Notes: generated by a model not told the origin, from the letters alone. A DNA stretch of 64,000 nucleotides from Octopus bimaculoides (GCF_001194135.2 NC_068981.1:166955549-167019548); one strand, 5' to 3'; numbered from the stretch's first letter, positions 11,288-24,447 are shown. Translations and numbers: made by a program.

Positions 11288-12839
11288 TCTATACTATATA
11301 TAAAACAGAGATGTGTGTGTAATCGCTTTTCACGTGAAATCGACTTCACCAAATGCTTCCATACTTGTAATGCATGAATAATTTGACCTCGGATAAATCT
11401 TAGGCTCTTCATTTGATTTTTTTAATCAAAAATAAATAATATTGCTTTATATTTAAGATTCACTTCTTTAAAAAGGTTCCTCAATGTCAACTTCCGGTAT
11501 TGACATAACAACCGCAAAAAGCTTCACTTTCTATTTTGTGTGTTCGTGTGTATGAGAGAGAGGGAGAGAGAGAGAGTAAATAAATACTACATACACACCG
11601 CTCTCTCACTCTGTCTCACACATACACACACGCACACACACACACACACACACCTTGACTCACTCACACTCTGTCTCTTACAAACACACACATACATAAA
11701 TGTATACAAACATATTTACAAAGACACACGTGTGTATGCGCGCGTGCGTGTTTGTAAGAGACAGTGTGAGTGAGTCAAGGGCTGTGTTATCATATGCATA
11801 CATCCAAAGATGTATGTATNNNNNNNNNNNNNNNNNNNNNNNNNNNNNNNNNNNNNNNNNNNNNNNNNNNNNNNNNNNNNNNNNNNNNNNNNNNNNNNNN
11901 NNNNNNNNNNNNNNNNNNNNNNNNNNNNNNNNNNNNNNNNNNNNNNNNNNNNNNNNNNNNNNNNNNNNNNNNNNNNNNNNNNNNNNNNNNNNNNNNNNNN
12001 NNNNNNNNNNNNNNNNNNNNNNNNNNNNNNNNNNNNNNNNNNNNNNNNNNNNNNNNNNNNNNNNNNNNNNNNNNNNNNNNNNNNNNNNNNNNNNNNNNNN
12101 NNNNNNNNNNNNNNNNNNNNNNNNNNNNNNNNNNNNNNNNNNNNNNNNNNNNNNNNNNNNNNNNNNNNNNNNNNNNNNNNNNNNNNNNNNNNNNNNNNNN
12201 NNNNNNNNNNNNNNNNNNNNNNNNNNNNNNNNNNNNNNNNNNNNNNNNNNNNNNNNNNNNNNNNNNNNNNNNNNNNNNNNNNNNNNNNNNNNNNNNNNNN
12301 NNNNNNNNNNNNNNNNNNNNNNNNNNNNNNNNNNNNNNNNNNNNNNNNNNNNNNNNNNNNNNNNNNNNNNNNNNNNNNNNNNNNNNNNNNNNNNNNNNNN
12401 NNNNNNNNNNNNNNNNNNNNNNNNNNNNNNNNNNNNNNNNNNNNNNNNNNNNNNNNNNNNNNNNNNNNNNNNNNNNNNNNNNNNNNNNNNNNNNNNNNNN
12501 NNNNNNNNNNNNNNNNNNNCACCTGCACGAAGGCCAGTCAGGTGGTACTGACAACGGCCACGCTCGAAATGGTGTATTTTATGTGCCACCCGCACAAGAG
12601 CCAGTCCAGGGGCACTGGCAACGATCCCCATTTTAATTTTCGTAAAAGTTTCCAAGTACCAATGAGGCTTTTTGGCACATCTTCAATTTTCCCCATTCCT
12701 GAGAGGCACCCAGCCATCATTCATCTGAGAGTCCATCTACAGAATGTCCTCAAATTTCTATACAGCATATTTTGCCTTTTTTTCTTCAAGTATATAAGCA
12801 ACAATTTCATTCCCGAGCAACGCCGGGTGCCTCTGCTAG
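11288..12839 (+). mobile_element. Non-autonomous Helitron with RepHel remnant (spans N-gap 11820-12519; SINE A fragment at 12520-12627 inside)
   Basis: 5' end A|TCTATACTATATATAAAA at 11288. 3' hairpin CCCGAGCAACGCCGGG 12812-12827, then CTAG|T ending at 12839. Inserted between A and T with no TSD. 12655-12763 encodes STNEAFWHIFNFP / IPERHPAIIHLRVHLQN (1-nt frameshift), like the Helitron S.NEA.WRIF.F.IHER.P.V..L.VHL motif. Confidence 0.85.
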
Positions 12840-12919
12840 TAATTCATAAAATTTGGCTCTTTTAAATTACATTTGTAAAACCATAAATTTACTCTTTTTT
12901 CCTTCTTTTTTGATTCCAG

Positions 12920-13065
12920 CAGCAGCCTGATGTGGGTCCTTTGAAATTCATAAAAGACATTGAAAATATTCCTGTACCTAAACCTAGCCTTGAAGTTAGC
13001 ACACATTTGGTTCACTACAATTTCTCACATGAATCTAATATTAAACACCAATTTAAGAAAAAATG
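12920..13065 (+). CDS. TRAPPC8: TRAPPC8 exon: QQPDVGPLKFIKDIENIPVPKPSLEVSTHLVHYNFSHESNIKHQFKKK(C)
   Basis: Pyrimidine tract plus CAG at 12917-12919 (tandem CAGCAGCAG), TG|GTAAGA donor 13066 (phase 2). LKF...EN....PS.E...H.F pattern. Confidence 0.9.
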
Positions 13066-13444
13066 GTAAGATAGTTTTATAAGACATATTGTTGAACCCT
13101 GCCACTTACATTGTCTCTATAAAAGCTGTAAGTTTATTTAAATGTTAGCAAGTCTGTCTTGGTATGGAATTATCGAGATTTTTTTTCTTGATTAAATCTT
13201 TACAAAATGATTCAGTTTACTGTTTAAGTTGGATAATTAAACTTAAATGTAGTTGCTAAATTTGATTTAACCATTTAATACAATGACAAAATTTATGATT
13301 TAGTAAAATTAAACTGTATTGTTTCAGAAAGTCATGACTGTTATAAAATACATTGTGATTATATATTGTCCTAGTACATAGGAATGACCATACATCATTT
13401 TATATAATCTTCCTTCAATAAATTTATTTTTGCATTATTTGTAG

Positions 13445-13534
13445 TCTATGTCTGCTGCCAGTAAGAATGATTTTATGCAACTGTTCAAGAGTTCCAGTAC
13501 ATGTTCTCATTGATACAGGAAAATCACCAGAAAG
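13445..13534 (+). CDS. TRAPPC8: TRAPPC8 exon: LCLLPVRMILCNCSRVPVHVLIDTGKSPE(R)
   Basis: tttgtAG acceptor 13443-13444, AG|GTTAGT donor 13535, 90 nt, phase 2/2. Matches human LCLVPVTLLLSNCSKADVDVIVD. Confidence 0.93.
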
Positions 13535-14352
13535 GTTAGTACTGTTAGTCATTCATAATGTTTAATTTTCTTCTTTGTAGAACAGGATAGAAGTATTAGT
13601 CTAAATATATTTTGTGGTTGCATTCCACCCATCTTCTTTTGATACTCCATTAACTTCAAGTGTTATTGTTTCTTAAGAATGCCTCAAAATTTTTCCAGTA
13701 GGTTTTCATTTGGAACCTGACAAAGGATTTTGTACATTTTGCCATCAGAATATTAGATTTATTTTGAACTACATAGCTTTCTTTCGTATTAATATTATCC
13801 TTTGTCAAGATTCTGATATTTTGCGCCTGCATTTCTTCAACCCTGTATGTTTGTCTTCAACAAAATTTTTTCTGTTAATTCCTACTCTGAGATGTTTTTG
13901 TATTCGTCGTATGGATTAAAAAGAAAAACATTTCTATTGAACTTTAAAATAGGTAAATTAACATCCATATATTTAAACAATTAATGCTACTATTGTTTAT
14001 TAAGAGTAACCTTTGTTCTATCTATTATCTTTCATGTTAGTTTTCCACTTAGTGCAATGTTTAAAAGAAGCTTACCTGTATTAAGCATTTTTGCTAATAC
14101 GCTAGTCTATGTTGATAAGGGTTAAGTATTTGGTAACCAATTGTTGTTTGAAATATGAATAGATTAAGAAAAACAAATTTTGTTTCTGATTTAATTTTTG
14201 TTACTTATATAATTGACATATGTAAACGGAATAATTGACATAGTTTTTTAAAAACTACTGATGCATTAAGAGTATTTTTTGATGCTATGGTTTACTATAA
14301 AATAAACCTTTAGATGCTTTATACTACCTCACAATGGACAGAAAGAGAGGGA

Positions 14353-14399
14353 TCAGTTGAATCAGTTTCAGTCTTTACTGAGATGTCATCAGCAACTGA
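14353..14399 (-). ncRNA. Degenerate compact type-I hammerhead ribozyme motif (antisense in last TRAPPC8 intron)
   Basis: Minus strand reads TCAGTTG-CTGATGA-catctcagtaaagact-GAAA-CTGATT-CAACTGA. Core boxes are intact and helix I is a perfect 7 bp; helices II and III are eroded. Confidence 0.55.
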
Positions 14400-16251
14400 C
14401 TATCTTTAACTGTTTGTAGTGACATTGTATTTATAGCCATTATTATTAAGGATTTTATTTTACTGGGTATACTGATTTGCATAAATGTTGCCTTTCTTGG
14501 CAGTGAGTTTAATTAATAAATTAGATATTAGTTTAATTAATTTACATGCAAAATGTTGGTTGAAATCTGTAGGTTTATTCTGAAGCATATCATAGTATCA
14601 TTCTTGCAGTTATATTAATACTATATCAATTGACTCAAACACATCTTACTCAAATTTTTCAGTTAATTTCATTATCAAAATGTTTGTAAAACCTTAGTGT
14701 TTCTCTTTCCCCAAGTAGGAAGAAATTGATTGCTTATAAAGCAAAATAGATCTTCCTTGTGAGAAGTTTAAAATTTTAGTTTTAATTAATGCTATATGGA
14801 ATTCAACAAACTATTTTACCATTTTCAATGATATTTTATTTCAATTTCAACAACCAAAAAAAATTATCTTCACTCTATCCCCTTATTCTTCTATACTTTC
14901 ATATGCATATTCCTGTTGGCATTGTTACTCCAAATTTCAGAATTTCCTTTTTTTTTTTTTTTATTATTGAAATGTCAAGATTAACACTGGTTATAGGGCT
15001 TTTTTTTCTTATTTTTTAAACTGTGTATCGAAGTCCCTAAATGATTTAAAGATTATAATCATTTGCATTTTGTGTGGATCCTAATGAGAAAGGCAGAGAT
15101 AAAGAGAAAACGGGATACAGAATATATTTTGGATTTTATTTATTTAAAAAAAGAATATCTGATGGAATACAGATTCATGTTATTCCACATGCTATTTTAT
15201 TTGGCTTTTCACAACTACTTTGCTTTCTTTCACTAGTTTTGATCTGTTTCTGACATTTCATTGCTTTAGTTCTGACCACTAGTTTTTGCTTTACATTTTA
15301 TTGGGATGGAATATATTGGGATATTTTAGCATGGATTTATTTTTTATACAGCTACATTTTATCTTCCAAATCACTGCTTTTTTTTTACTGTTTTGGTTCT
15401 TATCTCACATCTCAAAAAATTTTCTTTGCTGATACTATATATTGCCACATTTTATAGTTAATGCAGCTATTGGGAATGGTTTATAAATCCAGCCTCACAA
15501 ATATTAAAATTATTCATTTTATCTGCATATGAGGCATTAGTATTTATAGTTTATATGTTCATAATATGTAAGAAAGAACAAAAATAATTTCACTTACCTC
15601 CTTAAGAAGAATAGATAATAACTTTTAGTCTAAGAGAACATTGTTCTTGATTTAACTTATATAAATAAGGCATATATGATATTTACTTGAATATAAGGTA
15701 ATGTCAAATACAATGACTTCCACAGCTAAAAATTAATTTGTTTTATCCTTTTTTATATTGTATGACTTTAAGTTAAAATTTTACACAATAAGCAATGTCT
15801 CTTTTTCACATCCTTAGTTGTTTATAAAGGTATATACTCATGATTTTTTTACTTTCCTAGCATATATTGGTAATGTAACTTACTCATTTTAAATTGTCAT
15901 CTTTTAAACAATGGTATATAACTACACACCATTCTATGCTAACAGAATTAACAATTGTCATTCAATTGTGTATGCATCCAGTATTCCATAGCTGTAGGCA
16001 GTGATCTGTAGACTTAATTTAAATAGATATCTCAGGATTACTGCCTTTAGTATAGTTTTCATAGGTTTATTGCGTTAGTTATTTTAAATGGGTATAATGA
16101 CCCCCCCATTCCATTTTGCTCCTGATTTCATAAATTTTTCTTGGTATGCACAAATACAATAGTTATTTTGCTAGAGTGGGTGGTGATTAGAAACATTTAG
16201 CTTGCTTTTAGATGAGGGGATAAAACACAAATAGAGGTGAGGTGAGGAGAG

Positions 16252-16596
16252 GTTAGCTACATTAAGTGGTTTTTAGCTAAGTTAATATGCAACATCTAGT
16301 TCAGAAGTGCAGAAACCATTATAGTAGCAGTAAAATAGACATTGCTGATGAGGAAAGAAATTGTGATTAAAATTCGCCTTGAGTGTTCTTAGACCAAACT
16401 GGATGTTGTAAAGTTTAGTTCATAAAAGATATTGGGGTTTGTCTCACATAGTTTTTACAACAATGAAAAGCTGAGACAGCTGATCTAAATTTTCCAAATT
16501 AAGTTTTTATTAAATAACATAAAACCAGTTAGCTACATTGAGTGGTTTTTAACTAAGTTAATATGCAACATCTAGTTCAAAAGTGCAGAAACCATT
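16252..16596 (+). repeat. 69-bp direct repeat pair (16252-16320, 16528-16596) around a 207-bp spacer
   Basis: 3 mismatches, all transitions. Confidence 0.9.
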
Positions 16597-17690
16597 CAAA
16601 AGCTCAATATGTAATAGAAATTATCTAAAGCATAAAGAAAATCTTGTTTATTATAAACTTCACTTTAATTTTTTATATCCTCTATAGATAGTAACTCATA
16701 ACTAAACATGCGAACTAAGAATTGGAGCAGTGAGGGTTAAAAGAAAAAGTCACTTAAATGCCTATTAGCATTTTCTGTATTATAGACTAGAATTAGTTGC
16801 TGCTGTTGTTGTTGATAGCCTAAGTTAGCTGTGTTTAAGACATACAGCATAGAGATGGCTGATCTAATGTGGTAATAGTGTTGAATTTTGTCTGCTCATG
16901 GTTTTAACCATAGCCATCCTGTCTTTTTGGTGAGGATGTTGTCCTTAGCTTTGAGGATTTAAATTATATAGTACTCATTTGAAAGTCTAGGAAATATTGG
17001 CTGGTACACTAAGTGTGTAATTACATATAGATATTTTCTCATTGTAATTATTTAACATAGCATAAATGATGGCCTCTGGCATATCAAGAACAACTTTCAG
17101 TTGTTCTCAGTAATAAGATAGTTATATACATATATAATTATTTTATACACATGCACACATATACTACTATTACTGTTACTACTGCTAACTAATAACTAAG
17201 TGTAAAAGGGGGACTAAGGCTAATGGAGAAAATATATCTTTTATCTAATTCATCTGAATTATTTAAAAAAGAAAAATTAAAATAGACTTCTAATGTATAC
17301 ATACATAAGGTATGAAATGCTTGGAAATATTTTTACAATTTGAGAAGAAATAATTAACTGCCAAGACAATAGATTTTTAGCTTCAACTTTTTAATTTTTG
17401 TCTTAAATATATTTTATTCCTTGAAAAGTTTTTTATTCAAACAAAATCTAAACACTAAAAATGTTAATTCAGTAAGTTATGTTATTTCATTTTATTAATA
17501 TTTAATTTTTAATATAAATGGTAAATATTTTGAATTGTTACATTTACTTTGTTCATATTGTGTTTTGTACATAGATAACTTGTAATTTTCTTAGTTATAA
17601 AGATTTTCTCGGTAATAAGTCTAGATAAATGAAAATTGTTTCTCAAAATAAAAATAAAAAACACCTTCCAATTTTTACTATTATTTTTAG

Positions 17691-18027
17691 GCTGAGCAGT
17701 AGTGGTGACCAGGTTTATATCTCAGCAGAAACTACTTCATCTGGAATAGGGACACCTGCACCATGTGTTGGATTACCATCATATTTATCTTTGTACCAGC
17801 AAAGTCAGAGCAATGCTTTTGTATGGTGTGGTCATTCGCTGATTGATTTACATATAGGACCCCAGCACTCACAAACTGTTACCCTTACTGCATGCTTTTC
17901 CAAGCCTGGAGTCTATAATATTAATCAGCTCTCAGTATTTGTCACCTACACAACTGATTCCTCAGAGATGATCCTGCAGAAACAGAGTGCTCCCAGTCTT
18001 GTTGTTATAAGTGATATTTCTTCATGA
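17691..18027 (+). CDS. TRAPPC8: TRAPPC8 terminal coding exon: LSSSGDQ...AFVWCGHS...LTACFSKPGVYNINQLSV...APSLVVISDISS*
   Basis: tttttAG acceptor 17689-17690, stop TGA 18025-18027 followed by a second TGA. F.W.G and L.ACF...GVYN are TRAPPC8 C-terminal motifs. Confidence 0.95.
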
Positions 18028-18699
18028 TGATCCACATTTTTCATAATGGAGAAGAAGACTAAAAATTTTTTTTCTTTTCCAGTTCATAAATTTAGCAACT
18101 TAATTTTTTTTCCCCCCCTGAATGACGGTACTTAGCCTAACTAACCTTGGTGATTACTTTGACACCAAAATGACACTATTTCTGATTTTCCAAAAGTGCT
18201 AATATGAACAGTCTCCATTAATTGAAATCAAAGACACACAGAAGCTCACACAAACTTACACACACAAAGTAGCACTTCAAAATATTGGTTTGTTGTGTGC
18301 ACATGAATGGAAACTTAAGATGACTGATTGATGAGAGATTTTATTAGATGAATGGATTGTCTCAAGGGACCTGATTACTATATAAAAAGCAGAAAAGAAA
18401 ATGGCAACTTTGTAATTGTGAAATATTTTGATTGTATTTACTATTCTGGTAAAGGAGCTTATTAAAGTTTTACTTTGCCTTTTCACTGACCTTTAAGTAT
18501 ATTTCATTATTTATAATTTTTTTTAATTGACCTTCAAATCTTTGTTGCATTAGATTTCTATTTATTTTTTCCTCAAATTTAGCTTGTACTTGCAGATTTT
18601 GGGGGTTTCAGAAGAATTAATTGAGCAACAAATCTGGTGTGTATAAAATCTGGTTTCAATTCCAAAATGATAAGATTGTAAAACATAATTTTTTTTCTA

Positions 18700-18705
18700 A
18701 ATAAA
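18700..18705 (+). terminator. Candidate TRAPPC8 polyadenylation signal AATAAA (alternative ATTAAA at 18461-18466)
   Basis: Hexamer about 670 nt after the stop, followed by T-rich sequence. No transcript evidence. Confidence 0.35.
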
Positions 18706-19234
18706 GCATTCATATTGTTAAATCTCCCATTAAGTATCTATGGAGATATATACAAACAATTTCTTAAAATATAAAAAAGATGCTTTTCTAAATTCATTTC
18801 TTTAAGTTTTCACTTTCTTAGTGTTTACTTGTTATTCATTTAAATATCTTGAATCAAAACAATTGAGTTCTTAAGAAATTAATATTGACTCTCAATTGAA
18901 ACCAGTGTGACCAAAAAGAACATATTTGCTGGCATATAATGAGTACCAGAGTTAAAGACATACCAACATCTTTAGAGTTGTGATTTAAGAGGAAAATGTA
19001 TTGTCCAAGTTCACCCAAACATTTTTCATGACCTGCTCTATAAAAGGTTTTCAGAATACATAAAAAAACAGCAAACAAATATATGCCAGCAACTATGTAT
19101 TGAGGAGCCTGAATGCAAAATAGAGAGCATGTTATTGATCTCATTTTATTTTTTGCCATGGAAAGTAGTTACTATGCAAATGTTTGATCAGCATTCTTGA
19201 TGTGAACATCTCATTTTTTTTTTTTTCTTCTGGC

Positions 19235-19274
<40 letters not shown>

Positions 19275-19278
<4 letters not shown>

Positions 19279-19485
19279 AGCAGAGAACTAGCAAAATCAT
19301 TAGTGTGTTGGAAAAATGCTCTGCTGCATTGCTTCCATCTCTTTATTTTCTGAGCTCAAATTCTGTTGAGTTTAACTTTGCCTTTCATCCTTTCAGAAGT
19401 CAATAATGTAAGTACCAGTCGAGCACCGGAATCAATGTAATCAACTAGCTCACTCCTCTTTAAATTGCTAGCCTTGTGCTAAAAT
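19275..19485 (-). mobile_element. SINE family B next to a (TTA)n run (about 19238-19277)
   Basis: Reverse complement of the family B core. Confidence 0.65.
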
Positions 19486-20476
19486 TCAAAACAATTATTA
19501 TTATTGTTATTATTATTTGTTTAAGGAAAGCATCATGTCCTAAGTGTTAGGTCTTGTTGCATGTGGACCCAATTGTAGAGATTGCAGGGTAATTTTTGGG
19601 AGATTTCACTCCTACACTGAGCTGAACAGGCAATTAAGTAGAATTTCTCTTACTATATAAAATGCATGTTCTAAAAAAAATAAAATGTTTTATATTAAAT
19701 ATATAAGTGATAGAAAGAATTTAAAAAAAAAAGGAAAATTAAAAGGTGCTCAAATAAGTTGTCTATGATTTATTTTGCCCTTCAGTAGGATCATGAGCTA
19801 GATTCTTTACAGATATTAAAATCCAGTGCCCTACCCACCCTGCCACCTATATTTCTGCTCTCAGGAGGTCTTCCCTACAGATTTTTCTGTAATTCTCATG
19901 ATAAATTATTTAAAAGAAATTTTTTCCACTCCAATTTTCTCTGCCTCTTTCAGTGCATGAAAGGAATAGATGGTTAGGGTTTTATACATGATACCACCCT
20001 TTAGTATTGAGCAAACAAAATATCTTGCCTAGGGATCTACCAGATACTGTTATATTTTAACAAGGAAACAAATCTGACAAAGGTATGCTTGTGTGGACTA
20101 CAACTCCTCATGACATTATCTCCCCTGTGTTATTCCATTCTTTATTATACATACACGTGTACATGCACACACAATTATTATCATTGAGCTGTAAAGCCAC
20201 ATAAGTGACTCAAGGACATAGTTTTGTGCATGACACTCATCGAATTTATGTGAATTTAAGGCCATACATGAAATAGAAATCAATAAGCAAATTAGAACGT
20301 ATATTCCTTTATCATTTAATTCTGTTTTGCCATATTGAATTTTTTTTCCTAATATGTACCACCAAACATATATATCTCTTTTGAAACAGTGGATCTCGAA
20401 GCACATAAAGCTATAAATATGTAAATATTAGATAGAAAAAAATTGAAGGTGGCCCATATCAACATACACACACACG

Positions 20477-20690
20477 ATGGGGTGCTGAACAGTTCCTGGC
20501 ATTACGTAAAAGAAAATACAGGAGGATCAGTTAATTATGATTTTTACTGAAAGTAATCCCCTCTCAGATTCACACACTTATTGCAGTGGTCCTTCAGTTT
20601 TTCTAAGCCCTGTAAAAGAGCTTGAAAGGTTGGGCCTCCAAGCAGGCCTTTTGTGACACCCTTAAAGCCAGGAACTTTTCAGCACCCCAT
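20477..20690. mobile_element. Tc1/mariner-type MITE
   Basis: 24-bp TIRs ATGGGGTGCTGAACAGTTCCTGGC (20477-20500) and GCCAGGAACTTTTCAGCACCCCAT (20667-20690), 1 mismatch. Confidence 0.75.
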
Positions 20691-21110
20691 TTTATATGGT
20701 CATTAAAATTAATGTGCATAAAATATTTTCAAAAGAAAAATATTTCAATCCTTTGTGTGCGTGTATATGTGTGTACATGCATACATACCTTTTTCTACTT
20801 TATTTGTCATTTGGTAAAACAGTGAATTTTGTTTCTCTTAATATCATGTTTATTCTAAAATTTATCTATGCAGTTGATTTACTATTTCCTTATTTTGAGT
20901 TTAATTTTTTTTTTTGAAGAAACCAATTTTTCTTTCTGTACTTGAACATTATTCAATATCTATGGATGATCAATATACTATAAACATCCACTGTAAATTG
21001 TAATATCAATAACTTCTGTTCACCACTATGTATAATTTATTAACATTGTAGGCTTTAATTTTTGAAGTAGTACGTCTTGGAATCTGTTGGGAAACACTTG
21101 AATTAAGAAG

Positions 21111-21205
21111 GCAAATGTGAGATGGAAAATGGGCTGGTGAATATGTGTATACGTATAGCAAATGTGAGATGGAAAAATGGGTTGGTGAATATGTGTATAC
21201 GTATA
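21111..21205 (+). repeat. Tandem duplication, two units of 47/48 bp
   Basis: gcaaatgtgagatggaaaa(a)tggg(c/t)tggtgaatatgtgtatacgtata twice. Confidence 0.9.
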
Positions 21206-24200
21206 TAATATGCACACACAGAGAGCTAAAGTTGGCAGTCAATCCCTCCTGTCCATCATACATTGCTTCCAGTGTAAGTTAGGATGCTTTTGCACCTCTC
21301 TGATTATTTAACCCTCATACTAACACTCATTTGTGTCAGTATATCTGATATATAGATCTGCACATGTGGGTTTAGAGGTTTACTTCTCAATCCCACTGCA
21401 CAGCATCATGGGTGAATGTTTTTTTACTATAACTCTCTGCCAACTAATGCCTTGTGAGGGAATTTATATCAAAACAGAAGTGTGTGTGTATGCTATGGCT
21501 ACAAATGGTGACCTCACTGTTTGTAGCTGGGCTTCAACTGGTGATGTTTGTCAGCGTTTCTTGTTAACAAACTGCCCACTAGCTCTGTGTGTTTGAAATT
21601 CTTTCAAAAGAAAAATCTTTTCATATTTGAAAAACAGCTAAGGGTTAGCAACAAGAAGAGCATCCAGCTGAAAATATCTTGCCTCAATATAACTCCAGTC
21701 TAAGCCATGCTAGCATGGAAAAACAAACATTAGAGGAACATACATTCATACATATGAACTAAAAAAAAAAGCAACTTTTTAGTGTAGAAATATAGTTACT
21801 AATAAAATTCAGATATCTAGAAAAGCTGTATTAATTTATTAAAATACTATACTGCTGTGATGGGATAGTCTCTTCGTTTTGTTGACCACCTTTTGTTTTT
21901 ATATATATTTTATTAGCACCTAAACACATGTGAGTTAGTATTATCTTTTACTTCTAACATTGCAATATTATTTTTTTCAAAAATGAAAATGAGAAATAAA
22001 TACATAAAAATGATTATTTGGGAAAAAAGTGATTTGTTTATAAATGGGATTTATTTACCTTCCAATTATAACTTTCATTATAGAAATATTCTGGATAATA
22101 CAAATTTGCTGTCTTCTTTAATGGAAAAAAAAGTCTCTAAGAAAAATATATTTTTCTTTAATTAAATTTACTTGTTCATGTGGTGGTCTTGAATGAACAA
22201 CAAATGTATAATATAAATATAGTTATAAATGAAGAATAATCAAATTTTCAAAAAAAATTGTTTGAATGACATTCTAGTTTGTCATTTTGTTTTTGTGAAG
22301 TATTGATCTCCCATGGAAAGATTGAAAATAAAGTGTTATTTCTATTTACTAAAACCCTCATCCTTTCGCTATCATTCAAAGAATTATGTTTTATTTATTT
22401 CTCTATTTTATTTATTTTTATATTACCGGGGTTATACAAATCTATGTAGAGTTCAGTGAACTTGACCATGGACACAGAAACGTTTTGCTGAGCTCATGGT
22501 CATCTAATACTCTAACAATTTGACCTTTTAACAAATTCACTTCTCGTATCACTCACTCTCTCAGTCTCTATGTACTTCTGTTTTCCATTTCACATTACTA
22601 TCAACACTATTACATAATGCAGAAGCTACTGTACATTAGTCAATCATCTAGAAATGGCAGCCAAATTCACTCAAATATAGTAAAACAGTAGAATCTGAGA
22701 AAACTAGTGATGTTCAAATATATCCTATTTTTTAAAAATATAAACATGGACACTATGCCCCTAATATATGAAGGTACAAAATGGTTATGGTTAGAATACC
22801 TTTGATCATATATTGATTTAATTGTAGCATACCTGAGGCTAAGCAACAACAACAATCACCTATCTGCCACCATTCAAATTCAGTATTATCTACACTAAAT
22901 TTCACCCAGTCATCATCTGAACCTCATTATCTGGTAAAGTCTCAGAAGGCTACAAGATTTTCCCAACTCCATTGATGAAGAAATGTTTAAGAATCCTTCA
23001 ACATTCCCATCTTCCTATTGTTTAGGAAGGTTTAGAACTCCTACAGCATACATAATTGCCAACTCCTGCTTTCATGGAAGGTTTAAGATAGGAAGATTTA
23101 AGATGGCTACAATATTCTCCAGTCTCATCTGACATCTCACTCACATCACACCACCTCACAAAATATTTTTTTTTTCCATGCAACACTAGCCACTAAGCCT
23201 GCTTCTTTCCCAGAGTGGCAGTCCTCTACAATTCCCATCATGCCCATGTTTTTCTTCTGATGTTTTAGCAAGTTGAAATACAAGCTGTCAATTTTACTAA
23301 TCTCTAAGAACCTGCAAAAGTCTGGGACACTGCTACATTCTCCCTGAAATAAATACATCCACTATACAATGATGAATCTTGCATTAGTTTCAGTGAGTAT
23401 TCCAGTTGTTCTGTAAATGAAACTATTTGTTGAATTAAAAACGAATGTGGTTGAGTATTCCACAGACAGTTATACCCTTAACATAATCCTTAGGAAGAAT
23501 CAGTGTGTCATATATGACAAGGTTGGCTCTTTGAATCTCAGATTTACTGTATGACAGGTTTTCATACTGTTTCTATTTAACCAATGTTAGTCACAAGGCT
23601 TGAAGAGCAGGTAAGTTCAACCAGGGGTTATAATAGAAGCACTTGCCCAAGATGTGATGCAGTAGTCACCATATTTTTGTTGATGCAACATTATGAACTT
23701 TAATTAAGCTCTTTTCTAAAATGACTAAAAAATTATATTGGAGGCAAAGAACCCCTATAAACCAACAGAACAAGAAATTCTGCCATTTCTTTGTCTTTCT
23801 GTCCTCNNNNNNNNNNACAGAACAAGAAATTCTGCCATTTCTTTGTCTTTCTGTCCTCGCCACCCTTTTTCTTAGGAGGGATGATAAAGTTAGTGGAAAG
23901 GGACCAGAGAAAAGATGAAAACACTCTTAACTGATGCCAACACACACCATTACCAGTTTCTGTGGGTCCCTGATTTTTACATCTCTTTACAATAAATAAA
24001 GAAAAATGTTTCTGAAATACTTAAAAAAAAAAAAAAAACTATCAGTATGCTGGTTGTAAAACCTTGCTTGCTCTTTCTTTCCCTCTCTCTTTGTTTTTGA
24101 TTACCAGCAAAAGAATGAGTCCTCAGTACATGAAACTTATGTTTCACACTGTTTTAGCTAAGTTTTGTGCCATATGCTGTCTTTTAGACATCATGCAAAT

Positions 24201-24240
24201 TAAGTTCTGGTAAAACATTGATTGGTTTGATTCTCATGAA

Positions 24241-24447
24241 CCCTTTAGCATTCACATTATTCTGTCAAAAGTCATGCTTATTTATTCAGGTTTAAATTAA
24301 TCATTATTTTGTAGCTTTGAGATTTTGATGCAGTGATCACATATTTTTTAGAGTGACATTGTAGAGTAGGTATAAGAGGCCAGATCTGGTAAGTTTGAAT
24401 GCAAGACAATAGTTTGAACAGATATGGCCAGTTTGAATGCTAAAAGG
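24241..24447 (+). mobile_element. piggyBac-type MITE (older copy)
   Basis: CCCTTTAGCATT...AATGCTAAAAGG, body homologous to 5266-5486, flanks eroded to TGAA/TAAA. Confidence 0.7.

Noticed and set aside
17629-17690. N-terminal MKIVSQNKNKKHLPIFTIIF of the ORF-track call
   Set aside because: Intronic read-through upstream of the true acceptor at 17689-17690.
22750-23420. Possible additional decayed Penelope N-terminus (SEGYKIFPTP)
   Set aside because: Similarity needs several assumed frameshifts and cannot be supported without a profile search.
23765-23858. Exact 42-bp direct repeat on both sides of a 10-N gap
   Set aside because: Typical unmerged contig overlap; an assembly artefact.
24115-24146. 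ATGAGTCCTCAGTACATGAAACTTATGTT, reminiscent of a hammerhead
   Set aside because: No CUG of the core box, and no helix I or II pairing.
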